DNA from: Candidatus Altiarchaeales archaeon
GTDB taxonomy: Archaea > Altiarchaeota > Altiarchaeia > IMC4 > QMZM01
NCBI GenBank assembly: GCA_023252215.1
Contig: JAHEXG010000003.1
Coordinates: forward strand, 1 to 60,131
Reading direction: 5' to 3'
Length of the DNA stretch: 60,131 nucleotides
Shown here piece after piece: positions 8,835 to 18,515 of the stretch (positions are counted from its first letter, which is position 1; every line of letters starts with the position of its first letter). Position numbers and translations under genes: made by a program. The notes below the pieces were generated by a model. The model saw only the letters and a program-made list of their open reading frames with translations, searched no databases and was not told where the DNA came from.

Positions 8835-8981
8835 TAGCGGGGAGTAGATTTGAACTACTGACCTTCGGGTAACTCAGAAGTGTTTGTCTCATGAGTATTG
8901 CCTCTTATGAGCTTCGCCCGCGCCGAGCGATTTTACTCCTCATGCGCGTCCGACGAGCACTCCTGGCTGCTCAACCCCGCT
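8835..8981 (-). tRNA. Initiator tRNA-Met(CAT) with two introns (30/31: 8913-8949; 37/38: 8871-8905)
   Basis: Spliced product AGCGGGGTTGAGCAGCCAGGAGTGCTCGTCGGGCTCATAACCCGAAGGTCAGTAGTTCAAATCTACTCCCCGCTA; A1-U72 and three G-C anticodon-stem pairs; BHB-like motifs at both junctions. Confidence 0.88.
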
Positions 8982-9697
8982 GTATGTAAATCAATATTCC
9001 GTAGCACTTCTTGTCGGTGTTGAATATTGGTATTTGTCATATAATAACCAAGGTTTTTCCATATTTTGTACTTTGTTTCGTGTCTTGGGTTGTGGAATTT
9101 TATTTCATTTACCCATTTTTCAAGGATTTTTTTGCCGTTCATTTGTATCCTTATGCAGCCGTTTTGCTGGGCTGAAGTGATCGGCCGATATTCGAGGTTT
9201 GACAGGATTTCAAGTGTTTGTTTTCTCATCGGTGATGGGAGCATTTTTAGTTCTAGGCGGGGGTAAGCATGTTCTTTTTTGTTTTGCCTGTCAAAAATAA
9301 CGCATCCGTCGGTGTCAAACAGTCCTCTAAGGAAGTGTTTCTCCAAGCCTTCCTGGAAAATGAATGAGGGTATGATCGCCCGATCCCTCTTTGGCGAAGC
9401 AGCCATCCCCAGGTCCATTAAATATTCGTAAAACGGTTTTCCGAAATACATTAGTTCAAGGGTTCTTTCGCCGCGCTTAAATCGCAGGAGTGGTTCTTTG
9501 TCGAATAACCGGGTCATTAGCGGTCGTAAACAATTGGTGAAATATTCAAGGTTCTCTGACGCATCGCCGCTTATTTTCACCCGGTACTGTGTCTTGATCT
9601 TGTCCCCTGCTTTGCAATGATAACAACCAATTGATCCGTCGCCTAGTAAGGCACCTACGAATTCAGCGAGTTGAGCGTCTTGCTGGGGTTTTCTCAT
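8933..9697 (-). CDS. Free-standing two-motif LAGLIDADG homing endonuclease-like protein
   Basis: LAEFVGALLGDGSI and FLRGLFDTDGCV motifs; no intein splicing residues. Confidence 0.85.
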   Translation of the reverse strand: MRKPQQDAQLAEFVGALLGDGSIGCYHCKAGDKIKTQYRVKISGDASENLEYFTNCLRPLMTRLFDKEPLLRFKRGERTLELMYFGKPFYEYLMDLGMAASPKRDRAIIPSFIFQEGLEKHFLRGLFDTDGCVIFDRQNKKEHAYPRLELKMLPSPMRKQTLEILSNLEYRPITSAQQNGCIRIQMNGKKILEKWVNEIKFHNPRHETKYKIWKNLGYYMTNTNIQHRQEVLRNIDLHTAGLSSQECSSDAHEE

Positions 9698-9801
9698 AAT
9701 CCTATTAAGTATTAGAATCCTAAATATGGGTTATTTTTGCACTCTAATTTTTGGATATTTTTAGTTCCCTGGGTCGATTATCTATATTGAGCGGGGTTTT
9801 T

Positions 9802-10275
9802 ATGACACGGGTGAAAAAGTCCTGGAAAGAAAAACTTTCCGATGACAAGGGCCTTCCAAGGATTGAGCAAATAACCGACAAGTTGAGCCCACGCTGGGGC
9901 ACGGGCACAGTAGTCATTCCCGCCCCTAAAGAGGTCGACGAATTCATGAAGAAAGTTCCCCGAGGCAATGTCACAACCATAAACGAGATACGCGAGGCGT
10001 TGGCAAAAAGGCATCATGCGACCATTGGCTGCCCCATTACGACCGGGATATTTGCATGGATCGCCGCCAACGCCGCCGCAGAAGATGCTGCTTCCGGCGC
10101 GGCTATCATTACTCCTTATTGGCGTACTTTGAAATCCGGCGGCGTTGTCAATGAGAAATACCCCGGAGGCGGCGAGGCGCAGAAGAAGATATTGGAGAGC
10201 GAGGGCCTGAAGGTCGTCAAGAAGGGCGGTAAATATACAGTAGAAGATTATGCGAAATATTTGGTTCGTTTCTAA
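9802..10275 (+). CDS. MGMT/alkyltransferase-like DNA-binding protein
   Basis: KVPRGNVTT...CPITTGIF...TPYWRTLKSGG..NEKYPGG...QKKILESEG. Confidence 0.8.
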   Translation: MTRVKKSWKEKLSDDKGLPRIEQITDKLSPRWGTGTVVIPAPKEVDEFMKKVPRGNVTTINEIREALAKRHHATIGCPITTGIFAWIAANAAAEDAASGAAIITPYWRTLKSGGVVNEKYPGGGEAQKKILESEGLKVVKKGGKYTVEDYAKYLVRF

Positions 10276-10277
10276 AA

Positions 10278-10877
10278 ATGAAATATTGTCTTATACTTGG
10301 GATGATGGCTCTTGCATTGTTCCTACTGGGCGGATGCTTGTCTGCGACCACGCAGAATAATCAGACAGGTATTAAGAATGCTTCTGCGACGTCTATGCAT
10401 TCTACCGGAGGCCCGGCAGGTTTTGTTACTTATGAGAATCCCGCATATAAGATAAAGATACAATACCCCTCCTATTTGATGAGACAGGAAGAAACCACAG
10501 GGGACGTAATATTCTTCCTATCGCCCCAGGACAGCGCGACAGAACCCTTCCCCGCGACCGTCGATATCCTGGTACAGAACATGTCCGATCAGCCTATTAC
10601 CCTGGACGAGTTCACGAACCAGTCCATTGAAGCCATCAAGGAGTTTGTTCCCGATTATAATTTCTCTGATTCCCGGAAGGCAACCCTGGCAAAAGAAGAC
10701 GCATACCTGCTCGCTTATACCGGAATGCAGGGCCTGATAAGATCGAAGTGGATGTCGGTTTATACGATAAAGAACAATACCCTGTATCTGATAACATACG
10801 CCGCAGGGGCTGATAAATTCCCGGTATATCTGCCGACTGTGAGCAAAATGCTTGATTCGTTTGAGATAACTGATTAG
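10278..10877 (+). CDS. PsbP-related lipoprotein
   Basis: Signal peptide with LLGGC lipobox; TYEN..YKIKIQYP...YLITYAA...KMLDSFEI. Confidence 0.7.
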   Translation: MKYCLILGMMALALFLLGGCLSATTQNNQTGIKNASATSMHSTGGPAGFVTYENPAYKIKIQYPSYLMRQEETTGDVIFFLSPQDSATEPFPATVDILVQNMSDQPITLDEFTNQSIEAIKEFVPDYNFSDSRKATLAKEDAYLLAYTGMQGLIRSKWMSVYTIKNNTLYLITYAAGADKFPVYLPTVSKMLDSFEITD

Positions 10878-10882
10878 GCGAT

Positions 10883-10968
10883 GATAACGTCCAGGATTTT
10901 ACGAATGTGGCCTTCGGCCATTTGGACTGAGCGGCCGAAGAGAGCGGGCCTTAAAAAGCCGGTTATGC
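10883..10968 (+). other. Putative attC-like recombination site
   Basis: GATAAC ... internal hairpin TGGCC-TTC-GGCCA ... CCGGTTATGC immediately after a stop codon. Confidence 0.35.
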
Positions 10969-11147
10969 AGCCCGCAAGGGTCGAGGAGCCGAACGAGGCG
11001 ACGAGAAGTTCAAAAACGCGGCCGTCGTTCGTTCGTGTTGTTGCCTCAGTTCCGTCATTAATTAAGGGGGTGGAGGCGTCCGCAACCGGTTTATTTTTCT
11101 GTTGCTCTGTTAAGGAATATAAAGCGCTAAGACGCTATACTACCATA

Positions 11148-12488
11148 ATGGCTGATATTTCCGAGTCCGAGACCTTGGAGCTAAAGAAGTCTACGTCTGA
11201 ACTCCGGGAGGGTGTAATCTCCGTAGCGTCTATGCTAAACAAGCATGGGAAAGGCATCCTATACTTTGGCATAAGGAATGACGGTAAAGCTCTTGGTCAG
11301 GAAATCGGGGAGAGAACTTTAAGGGACGTATCACAGGCAATTTCAGAAAATATTGAGCCGAAGGTCTATCCAAAGATCAGCAAGGAAGATATAGGCGGTA
11401 AGATCTGCATCAAGGTCGAATTCTCCGGAAACAACAAGCCGTATTATGCTTATGGCAGAGCTTACGTGCGTGTAGCCGATGAGGATCGTCAGTTGTCTGC
11501 TAAGGAGATCGAAGAAACAATCCTTCGCAAGAACAAAGATAAGCTACGCTGGGACACTGAAGTATGTGAGAAGGCGACGGTGTCTGACATAAGTCCAAAG
11601 AAGCTTAAATCATATGTCCGGAAAGCACATCTGAGATATGATTCGATTGAAAATGCCTTACAAAAGCTTGGCCTGCGATCCGATGGAAAGATTTTAAACG
11701 CCGCAGTACTGTTATTTGGTCGAAAGCCCGAGACGTTTTTTCCAAATGCCCGCCTAAGGTGTGCAATATTTGCGACGACCGATACTCATCTTCCTCTTGA
11801 CATGCAGGACTATAAAGGAGACCTGTTCACTTTAATAGAAACTGCTCAGCAATACATCCTCCAAAACATACACGTGGGCATGAGGCTTGAAGGCCTGTAC
11901 CGCGTGGATGTGCCGGAAATATCCCAAGAAGCGTTCAGAGAAGCCATAATAAACGCCTTCTGCCACCGAGACTACAGGGAATACGACTCGGTAAACATAG
12001 CGATATTCCGCGACCGCCTGGAAATAAGAAGTCCAGGACTGCTGTATGGCGGACTTACTATAGAGAAGATCAGGCGAGACATGGTATCAGAGAGACGGAA
12101 TGAACTGATCGCCGACCTATTGCATAGGATACATTTCATAGAAAAATGGGGCCGTGGAATAAGCCTTATATTATCAAACGAGCCGACAGCGAACTTCAAG
12201 GAATCGGGAACGCATTTTATAACGACCTTTAAGAGAAAGAGCGTTGAAGCGCAGATGGGCGAGCAAACCGGAGGGTTGGTAGATAGGTTGGTAGATGGGT
12301 TGGTAGAAAACCAAAAGAAGATACTGCGCTTAGTGAAGGTAGACCCATCCATATCAAAAAGAGAACTGGCGCAGAAAACGGGTATCAGCACCACAGCAGT
12401 TGATAAAAACATATCTACTCTCAAGAAGAAAGGCCTGCTGAAACGGGTAGGTCCGGCTAAAGGGGGGCGATGGGAATTGAGTGGATAA
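11148..12488 (+). CDS. AlbA_2 (Schlafen-like) + HATPase_c_4 + wHTH protein
   Basis: ESETLELKKS, SMLNKHGKGILYFGI, REAIINAFCHRDY, RNELIADLL..IEKWGRG, C-terminal HTH ending GPAKGGRW. Confidence 0.88.
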   Translation: MADISESETLELKKSTSELREGVISVASMLNKHGKGILYFGIRNDGKALGQEIGERTLRDVSQAISENIEPKVYPKISKEDIGGKICIKVEFSGNNKPYYAYGRAYVRVADEDRQLSAKEIEETILRKNKDKLRWDTEVCEKATVSDISPKKLKSYVRKAHLRYDSIENALQKLGLRSDGKILNAAVLLFGRKPETFFPNARLRCAIFATTDTHLPLDMQDYKGDLFTLIETAQQYILQNIHVGMRLEGLYRVDVPEISQEAFREAIINAFCHRDYREYDSVNIAIFRDRLEIRSPGLLYGGLTIEKIRRDMVSERRNELIADLLHRIHFIEKWGRGISLILSNEPTANFKESGTHFITTFKRKSVEAQMGEQTGGLVDRLVDGLVENQKKILRLVKVDPSISKRELAQKTGISTTAVDKNISTLKKKGLLKRVGPAKGGRWELSG

Positions 12489-12546
12489 GGGGTAATTAAT
12501 CTGTGCCATATATCTTGGTATGGCCTATTGAATTTATGACCACCGG

Positions 12547-13857
12547 TTACCCTGACTTGGACTTTAGCATTTCCTCAAGAACACATGTCGTGGCTATTTC
12601 TACTGGCATGCCTAAGGCGCAAGCGGTATATGCAAATAATGTTAAGATTGTTAACGGCTTCTCTTCAATTTCTTTAATCTGTTTTTCAATTGACTGTAAA
12701 GGATAATATTGTTCGTTTTTCATACATATCGGTAGGCCGAATTTCTCAACAAAGTCGAGATAGTTTTTACTTTGGAAATATAGACTTGTTTTCCAACAGT
12801 TGATTAGCCTAAATTTTATTTCTATCATATCCTTATAACTAGCCTCAGACAGGAAATCCGAATATTTTTTGAAAATAGCTAAAATTGCACCGAAAATTAA
12901 TCGTCCACTCAAGAATTTAATATCAAAGGTAGATGTATCCCCCTCTCGAGAGTTGTATTTTTTATTTAATGCTTCCAACAAATCCTTATCATACTCCTCA
13001 GAGTTGCCAAAAATTGTAGTTAAGGGTAATAAAATTTTTAAGTTGCCGTAAATATCAATCTCCATAGACAAGCCATTTAAGTTAAAATCACCTTTGCTGA
13101 GCGTTCTTAATACAATACTGTTATGATATGTATTGATGGTATCAAAAAATATCGTACCCCCAAATGATATTTCTTTATCCTCAGTAGAGTCCTTTATTTT
13201 ATATGGTTCATTAAATTTTTTAAGAATATCCAGCATTTTCTCAGGAAAAAGTAGATCCTCGATAAAATGATGCTTAAATGGTTTTGGCGTAGCGTATATT
13301 TCAAGATACGATAGGCTATCCTCCCCTTTACAAAACGTTAATTCACACTTTCTAAATTTTTCTAAATCTTCATCATATTTCTGAGCTTTTTTGTAGAGTT
13401 CATCGATAATATGCCTATTCGTTTCTGGAATGGGATCGGACGCTGACCCTTGTCTCCTGTAAATTATTCCATCAGAGTTAATATACGGTGGGTTTTTCCC
13501 TTCAGGTATTACTACCATCAAGACATTCATTCCGTTACGAAGAGGTAATGTAAAAGTTTCAAACAACGGAAAAGGTTGCAAATTACCCCTTACGGAGTCT
13601 CTAATTATGTCTGGCGAATCTTTGATACCAATTATATTGGTCGCAAAATTAGTCTTTGTATCTGAATCGATCCCTATAAAATATATGCCCCCATGAGAAT
13701 TAGCAAAAGAAGCTATCGATTTTGATATTTTTCGCCCATTCAATTTTTCCTTTTTGTACTCGATATACCAACCCTCAGCAATGGATTTAAGTAATTCCAA
13801 ATCGCTTTCTTTAACCTCTTCAAAATCTTTTCCGAAGGGATTGAACAAGTTTCTCAC
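12547..13857 (-). CDS. AlbA_2 (Schlafen-like) domain protein, AT-rich
   Basis: EGWYIEYKK, SIASFANSHGGIYFIGI, IYRRQGSAS. Confidence 0.85.
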   Translation of the reverse strand: MRNLFNPFGKDFEEVKESDLELLKSIAEGWYIEYKKEKLNGRKISKSIASFANSHGGIYFIGIDSDTKTNFATNIIGIKDSPDIIRDSVRGNLQPFPLFETFTLPLRNGMNVLMVVIPEGKNPPYINSDGIIYRRQGSASDPIPETNRHIIDELYKKAQKYDEDLEKFRKCELTFCKGEDSLSYLEIYATPKPFKHHFIEDLLFPEKMLDILKKFNEPYKIKDSTEDKEISFGGTIFFDTINTYHNSIVLRTLSKGDFNLNGLSMEIDIYGNLKILLPLTTIFGNSEEYDKDLLEALNKKYNSREGDTSTFDIKFLSGRLIFGAILAIFKKYSDFLSEASYKDMIEIKFRLINCWKTSLYFQSKNYLDFVEKFGLPICMKNEQYYPLQSIEKQIKEIEEKPLTILTLFAYTACALGMPVEIATTCVLEEMLKSKSG

Positions 13858-14041
13858 CTCTTTGCTGGCAGCTATTAAAATTAATGATACTGCAATAAAA
13901 TATTAGCATCCGTTAGGTTTTTTGTCAAGTAAACAAGAATTTATCTATGGCCCTTTGTCGATGCCACCACCCTCGTTTAAGTATAATTCGTTCATCCGTG
14001 AACTGAGGCCACAACCATAACTCAAGGAGGCTGAGTTTTTG

Positions 14042-14113
14042 AATTGCGTATAACTCGTTTTTATGCGGACTTTCTTCGCATAAAACCTGTTTTTGGGTAT
14101 GTTATGCGGACTT
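14042..14113. other. Tyrosine-recombinase-type (dif/attC-like) symmetric site
   Basis: AATTGCGTATAA-CTCGTTT-TTATGCGGACTT, inner hairpin TTTTATGCG/CGCATAAAA, second TTATGCGGACTTT at 14102. Confidence 0.4.
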
Positions 14114-14163
14114 TTTTATGTGTATATTAAGAATTAATAAATCCCGGTTATCTCCTTGGATAT

Positions 14164-15567
14164 TTATTGTTTGATCGATCCCTCATACAGGTTCTTCATC
14201 TTGTGTAGGAAGAAGGGGCATATCGCTGTTATTTCTGCTATTTGTTCTACTGTCATTCCGTTTGCGTATGCGTCGTATATGTAGTATAATCTTTTGTCTG
14301 TGGGGTGTGCGAGGTTGTCTTTTATGATTTCTATGTCTGTTTCTCCCATTCCGCTGAATCCTTGTTTTCCTATGTCCAGTGATCGTATGGCTTTTTGTAG
14401 TGCTTCTTCGAATGTTCTTCCGATGGCCATTACTTCGCCTGTGGATTTCATCTGGGTTCCTATGTGTTTGTCTGCGTCTTTGAATTTGTCGAAGGGCCAG
14501 CGGGGTATTTTTACTACTATGTAGTCGATTGTTGGTTCGAATGATGCGGGTGTCTTCTTGGTTATGGAGTTGGGTATTTCGTCGAGTGTTTTTCCGATGG
14601 CTATCTTTGCCGATACCCGGGCTATTGGGTATCCTGTGGCTTTGGATGCGAGGGCTGATGATCTTGATACCCTTGGGTTTACTTCTATGACGACGTATTC
14701 GCGTGTCACGGGGTGCATTGCGAATTGTATGTTGCATCCTCCTTCTATGCCGAGTGCGCGTATTATTTTTACTGACGCGTTTTTGAGTACTGAGTTGTCT
14801 ATGTCGCTTAGTGTCTGGGCCGGTGCGACGACTATGCTTTCGCCTGTGTGTATGCCTATGGGGTCTACGTTTTCCATGCTGCATATTATGATGCAGTTGT
14901 TTAGGCGGTCGCGTATTACTTCGTATTCTAGTTCGTACCATCCTGCGACCGATTTTTCGATTAGGACTTGGTGTATCATGGAGAGCTGCATGCCGTGGCT
15001 TGCTATTCTTTCCAGTTCTTCGTCGTTGTTGGCTATTCCTCCTCCTCCTCCTCCGAGCGTGTATGCGGGCCTTATTATTACCGGGTAGCCTATTTTTCGG
15101 CCTGCGTCGAGCGCTTCTGTTATCGAGGTTGCGGCCTTGCTTGGGGGTATGGGCTCGTTTATCTCCTTCATTAGGCCTGCGAATGCGTCTCTGTCTTCGC
15201 CTTTTTGTATGGTCTCTATCGGGGTTCCGAGGACTTTGACGTCGTATTCTTTGAATACTCCCATGACTGCGAGGGATGATGCGAGGTTTAGCCCGGTCTG
15301 TCCGCCCATTGTGGGGAGTATGGCGTCTGGTCGTTCCCTGGCTATTATCTTCTTGATTATCTCCGGGGTCAGTGGCTCCATGTATGCGATGTCTGCCACG
15401 TCCGGGTCTGTCATTATGGTTGCCGGGTTGGAGTTTACAAGTACTGTCTTTACGCCTTCCTCTCTGAGCGAGAGGCAGGCCTGGCTTCCGCTGTAGTCGA
15501 ATTCTGCTGCCTGGCCTATCTGTATGGGGCCTGAGCCGATGATCAGTACCTTTTCTATCCTCTGCAT
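14164..15567 (-). CDS. carB: Carbamoyl-phosphate synthase large subunit, N-terminal half (split carB)
   Basis: [35 protein letters not shown]; only 467 aa. Confidence 0.92.
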   Translation of the reverse strand: MQRIEKVLIIGSGPIQIGQAAEFDYSGSQACLSLREEGVKTVLVNSNPATIMTDPDVADIAYMEPLTPEIIKKIIARERPDAILPTMGGQTGLNLASSLAVMGVFKEYDVKVLGTPIETIQKGEDRDAFAGLMKEINEPIPPSKAATSITEALDAGRKIGYPVIIRPAYTLGGGGGGIANNDEELERIASHGMQLSMIHQVLIEKSVAGWYELEYEVIRDRLNNCIIICSMENVDPIGIHTGESIVVAPAQTLSDIDNSVLKNASVKIIRALGIEGGCNIQFAMHPVTREYVVIEVNPRVSRSSALASKATGYPIARVSAKIAIGKTLDEIPNSITKKTPASFEPTIDYIVVKIPRWPFDKFKDADKHIGTQMKSTGEVMAIGRTFEEALQKAIRSLDIGKQGFSGMGETDIEIIKDNLAHPTDKRLYYIYDAYANGMTVEQIAEITAICPFFLHKMKNLYEGSIKQ

Positions 15568-15652
15568 CGAAAAATATTAGAACTGGAAAGATTTAAATCA
15601 CTGGCTGGTTTTCTGTGTTTTTATGTCCTCTTAACCAATTATTACTTAGGAA

Positions 15653-16978
15653 ATGAAACGAATGATCGCTCTTGCAGCCTTTGTATTATTCTTGGCGGCG
15701 TCTTTTTCATCGGCGCTGCCGGATACGGAAGCGGCAGGCAGTCCGTCAGTTGTGCAGTTGGGCAGCGGAAATAATGCATCCAATATGTATTTTTCCGGTA
15801 GGAAATTGACTGAGGATATCTATATGAATGCCTATCTTGCCATTTACAAAGATATCGTCTCCGGGGGAGGCAAATATACTCCTGGCGAGTTGTCCGACGT
15901 AATAGACTACTATGTGTCGAATGAGAATTTAGCCTCTAACCTGAGTTCTCGGGGCGAAAGATCCGATGAGGCGATAGGGGATATATTGAAGAAAGCCGGC
16001 GCAGATATCGGCTGGGGGTCTTGTTACATGGCCCGTTCTGTAGACTCCGAAGTGTGCTGTGTGGATGACACGAGCACTCCGGGCTATTGCTTCGTTGACT
16101 CCGTCTGCCAGGGCGGTAAATGCGTGCCAAACAGCGGAAGCGGCTGCTACATGACCGTGTCGAGACACGGCAAACCCTGCTGCGTCGACTATACGGTTTC
16201 GCATGGCTACTGTTATCTGGACAGCGTCTGCCTGGGGGACTTATGCGTTGATAATTCCACGAACGGCACTACTACGACAACCACTCCGGCTCCCACTACC
16301 ACTTTGGGTCCGAATCCTGGTTGCCGTTGGATGGTTTGCGGGAATATGTACTGCGAAGCAGTGTTTCCTTATAATCCCTATCTTGACGAAGCCAATCCTC
16401 TCAGTCCCTGTTGCTGCGAGCAGGACTGCGGCTTTCCGTGCTCCTCTAATACGACAACTACCACCACCAGTATTGTTACCACCACCACTACTATTTCCAG
16501 TACCACCACTACTATTTCCGGCACCACTACGTCTTCCTCCGGCACCACTACGACGTTGTCTAGGGGCTGCTGGCCTCTGGTATGCGGAGACTGGTTATGC
16601 GAGTATATGGTACGGGATCCCTCTCGCGACGAGTCCGATCCCTACAGCAGGTGTTGTTGTGAAGAGGACTGCGGGATTCCGTGTTCTTCCAACGCAACTA
16701 CTACCACTACTATTTCCAGCACCACCACTACCGCAGTCAATCAGTCCTGTTCTATGACCACGTCGATCTACGGAGAACCGTGCTGTGTTGACGCGAGCAT
16801 TTGGCCGGGTTATTGTTATCTTAACAGCGTCTGCCAGGATGGCTGGTGCGTTGATAAGAAGACGACTTGTTATATGACTACCTCAAAATATGGTGATCCT
16901 TGTTGCGTTGATTCCTCGGTGCCTTCGGGTTATTGTTATCTTGACAGCACCTGCAGGAACGGAATTTGTGTCAGTTGA
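15653..16978 (+). CDS. Secreted Cys-rich/Thr-rich repeat protein
   Basis: Signal peptide; 4x C.M.....CCVD...GYC..(D/N)S.C..G.CV and 2x GC...VCG..CE...CCCE.DCG.PCSSN modules with poly-Thr linkers. Confidence 0.85.
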   Translation: MKRMIALAAFVLFLAASFSSALPDTEAAGSPSVVQLGSGNNASNMYFSGRKLTEDIYMNAYLAIYKDIVSGGGKYTPGELSDVIDYYVSNENLASNLSSRGERSDEAIGDILKKAGADIGWGSCYMARSVDSEVCCVDDTSTPGYCFVDSVCQGGKCVPNSGSGCYMTVSRHGKPCCVDYTVSHGYCYLDSVCLGDLCVDNSTNGTTTTTTPAPTTTLGPNPGCRWMVCGNMYCEAVFPYNPYLDEANPLSPCCCEQDCGFPCSSNTTTTTTSIVTTTTTISSTTTTISGTTTSSSGTTTTLSRGCWPLVCGDWLCEYMVRDPSRDESDPYSRCCCEEDCGIPCSSNATTTTTISSTTTTAVNQSCSMTTSIYGEPCCVDASIWPGYCYLNSVCQDGWCVDKKTTCYMTTSKYGDPCCVDSSVPSGYCYLDSTCRNGICVS

Positions 16979-16987
16979 GGCGAGAAG

Positions 16988-17677
16988 ATGAGAAAAGAAT
17001 GTAGCGGTAAGAGGTCGGGGATGTTTTTGTTTTCCTTCTTAGCCTTAGCTCTTTTTTTGTTCTTAATCCTTGGCGGCGCCTCGGCAAAGGAATTGGTTGA
17101 AAAGGCGCATGGGGCTGTTGTTCCCTCGGCTTCGGGCGATAACGTTGAACTTGCCGCATCCGCGGGGCAGACGCCGGTTACTGCGGAGATCAGGATGTAT
17201 TCAAAGGATAAGATCGCTCCCAGGTTGATACTTTCCGCATCCGAGATAGAGGCTTTGAAAAAGAAGTTAGTCAATCTTCCCAAGTCTTCCAGGATAGAAG
17301 TCCCTGACTGGGGCTATGTGGTGGTTTGGAACTATAACAACTCGGCTCTTTCTTACAGTTCCATATATGCGCTGAATAACCGGTTGATCCTGGTTGATGC
17401 GAAAGGAGAGCGCAGCTACTATGTGGATACTAAGAAGGTCGGGGAATGGCTGCTCCTGCTCGTAAGCAAAAATACGCAGGTCGTATCCCAGAGGCCGGAA
17501 TGGGCTGGGAGCGTGGTAGTAGGCAAGTCCACTGAGACGACAAGTGAAACGCCGGCGGGCGCAGGCGTAGTCAGGAACCAGAACCTCATGGAGTATGCTC
17601 CTTACATGGTCGTAGTATTGATATTGCTGTTATTCGCTTATATGGCTTTCAAAAAGCCCAAAACCGAAGGCGCTTGA
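16988..17677 (+). CDS. Hypothetical membrane-anchored protein
   Basis: N-terminal signal/TM and C-terminal TM with basic tail. Confidence 0.75.
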   Translation: MRKECSGKRSGMFLFSFLALALFLFLILGGASAKELVEKAHGAVVPSASGDNVELAASAGQTPVTAEIRMYSKDKIAPRLILSASEIEALKKKLVNLPKSSRIEVPDWGYVVVWNYNNSALSYSSIYALNNRLILVDAKGERSYYVDTKKVGEWLLLLVSKNTQVVSQRPEWAGSVVVGKSTETTSETPAGAGVVRNQNLMEYAPYMVVVLILLLFAYMAFKKPKTEGA

Positions 17678-17687
17678 TTCTTTTTTT

Positions 17688-18515
17688 TTAGATTATCATC
17701 CCTAGGCCGAAGCCTAATAAGAGTCCAAGAGTAATGGGCGGAAGCGCCGGCAGGACTACGTCTTTTTTGTTGATGATATAGAAGAACAATGCTGCAAGGC
17801 CGAGTAGTCCGCCCAGGCTCGTAGCGGCCGCCTGAGTTACAGTGTAATCCCTTAGCACGGAAACCGAGAACACCAGCGGTATGGCCAGGTCTCCCGTGCC
17901 CAGGCCCAGTATCCTTTCTCCTACTGGTATTCCGAACATCAGGGGCAGTTTTCCTTTTGCGCCTTCGGCCAGAGTCACCATATGCTTTGTGCCGAACACC
18001 GCGACCAGGTCGTAACAGGACAGGCCTATGAGCAGTACCAGCGAGGGAACGAAGGCGAGGGATGCGCCCATCCAGGAGCCTATGCCCGGCAGAGAGAGTA
18101 TGAGTAAGGCGTTCATAACTGTTAGATTATGTCTCTTCCAATACGCTATTATAAAGACCGGGATTGCCAGAAGCGCTCCGGCAGCGCCTAATAGACCCCA
18201 CAAGGTTATGTCCAGGCCCGCGAAAAGACCAAGGTAAATAATTAGTTTTATTACCTGATTGAATTTATATTTCATGAGTACCAGGAGCGCGGCAGTTGAT
18301 GCCAGTACGTATGCGAATATCTGCAGAGAAGATGTGACGTCTCCTGGGTTGTCCACTACCGGCTGAAGGTCTCCTCCCTCTTTTACGTTGTCTATTATAC
18401 CGCGGCTTCCGTCTGGTCCGGTCCTGCTGATGTAGAGCCCTATGCCCTGGACCAAAAGGTATATGGCTGCGGCGATGAGCAGCGGCTTAAGATGCCCTGC
18501 ATCCAACTTATGCAT
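17688..18515 (-). CDS. Presenilin-family intramembrane aspartyl protease
   Basis: YDLVAVFGTKHM, LGTGDL, PALP motifs; multiple TMs. Confidence 0.9.
   Translation of the reverse strand: MHKLDAGHLKPLLIAAAIYLLVQGIGLYISRTGPDGSRGIIDNVKEGGDLQPVVDNPGDVTSSLQIFAYVLASTAALLVLMKYKFNQVIKLIIYLGLFAGLDITLWGLLGAAGALLAIPVFIIAYWKRHNLTVMNALLILSLPGIGSWMGASLAFVPSLVLLIGLSCYDLVAVFGTKHMVTLAEGAKGKLPLMFGIPVGERILGLGTGDLAIPLVFSVSVLRDYTVTQAAATSLGGLLGLAALFFYIINKKDVVLPALPPITLGLLLGFGLGMII

Noticed and set aside
10881..11147. N-terminal extension of the AlbA_2 ORF
   Set aside because: It runs through structured intergenic sequence; the domain and a TATA-preceded ATG begin at 11148.
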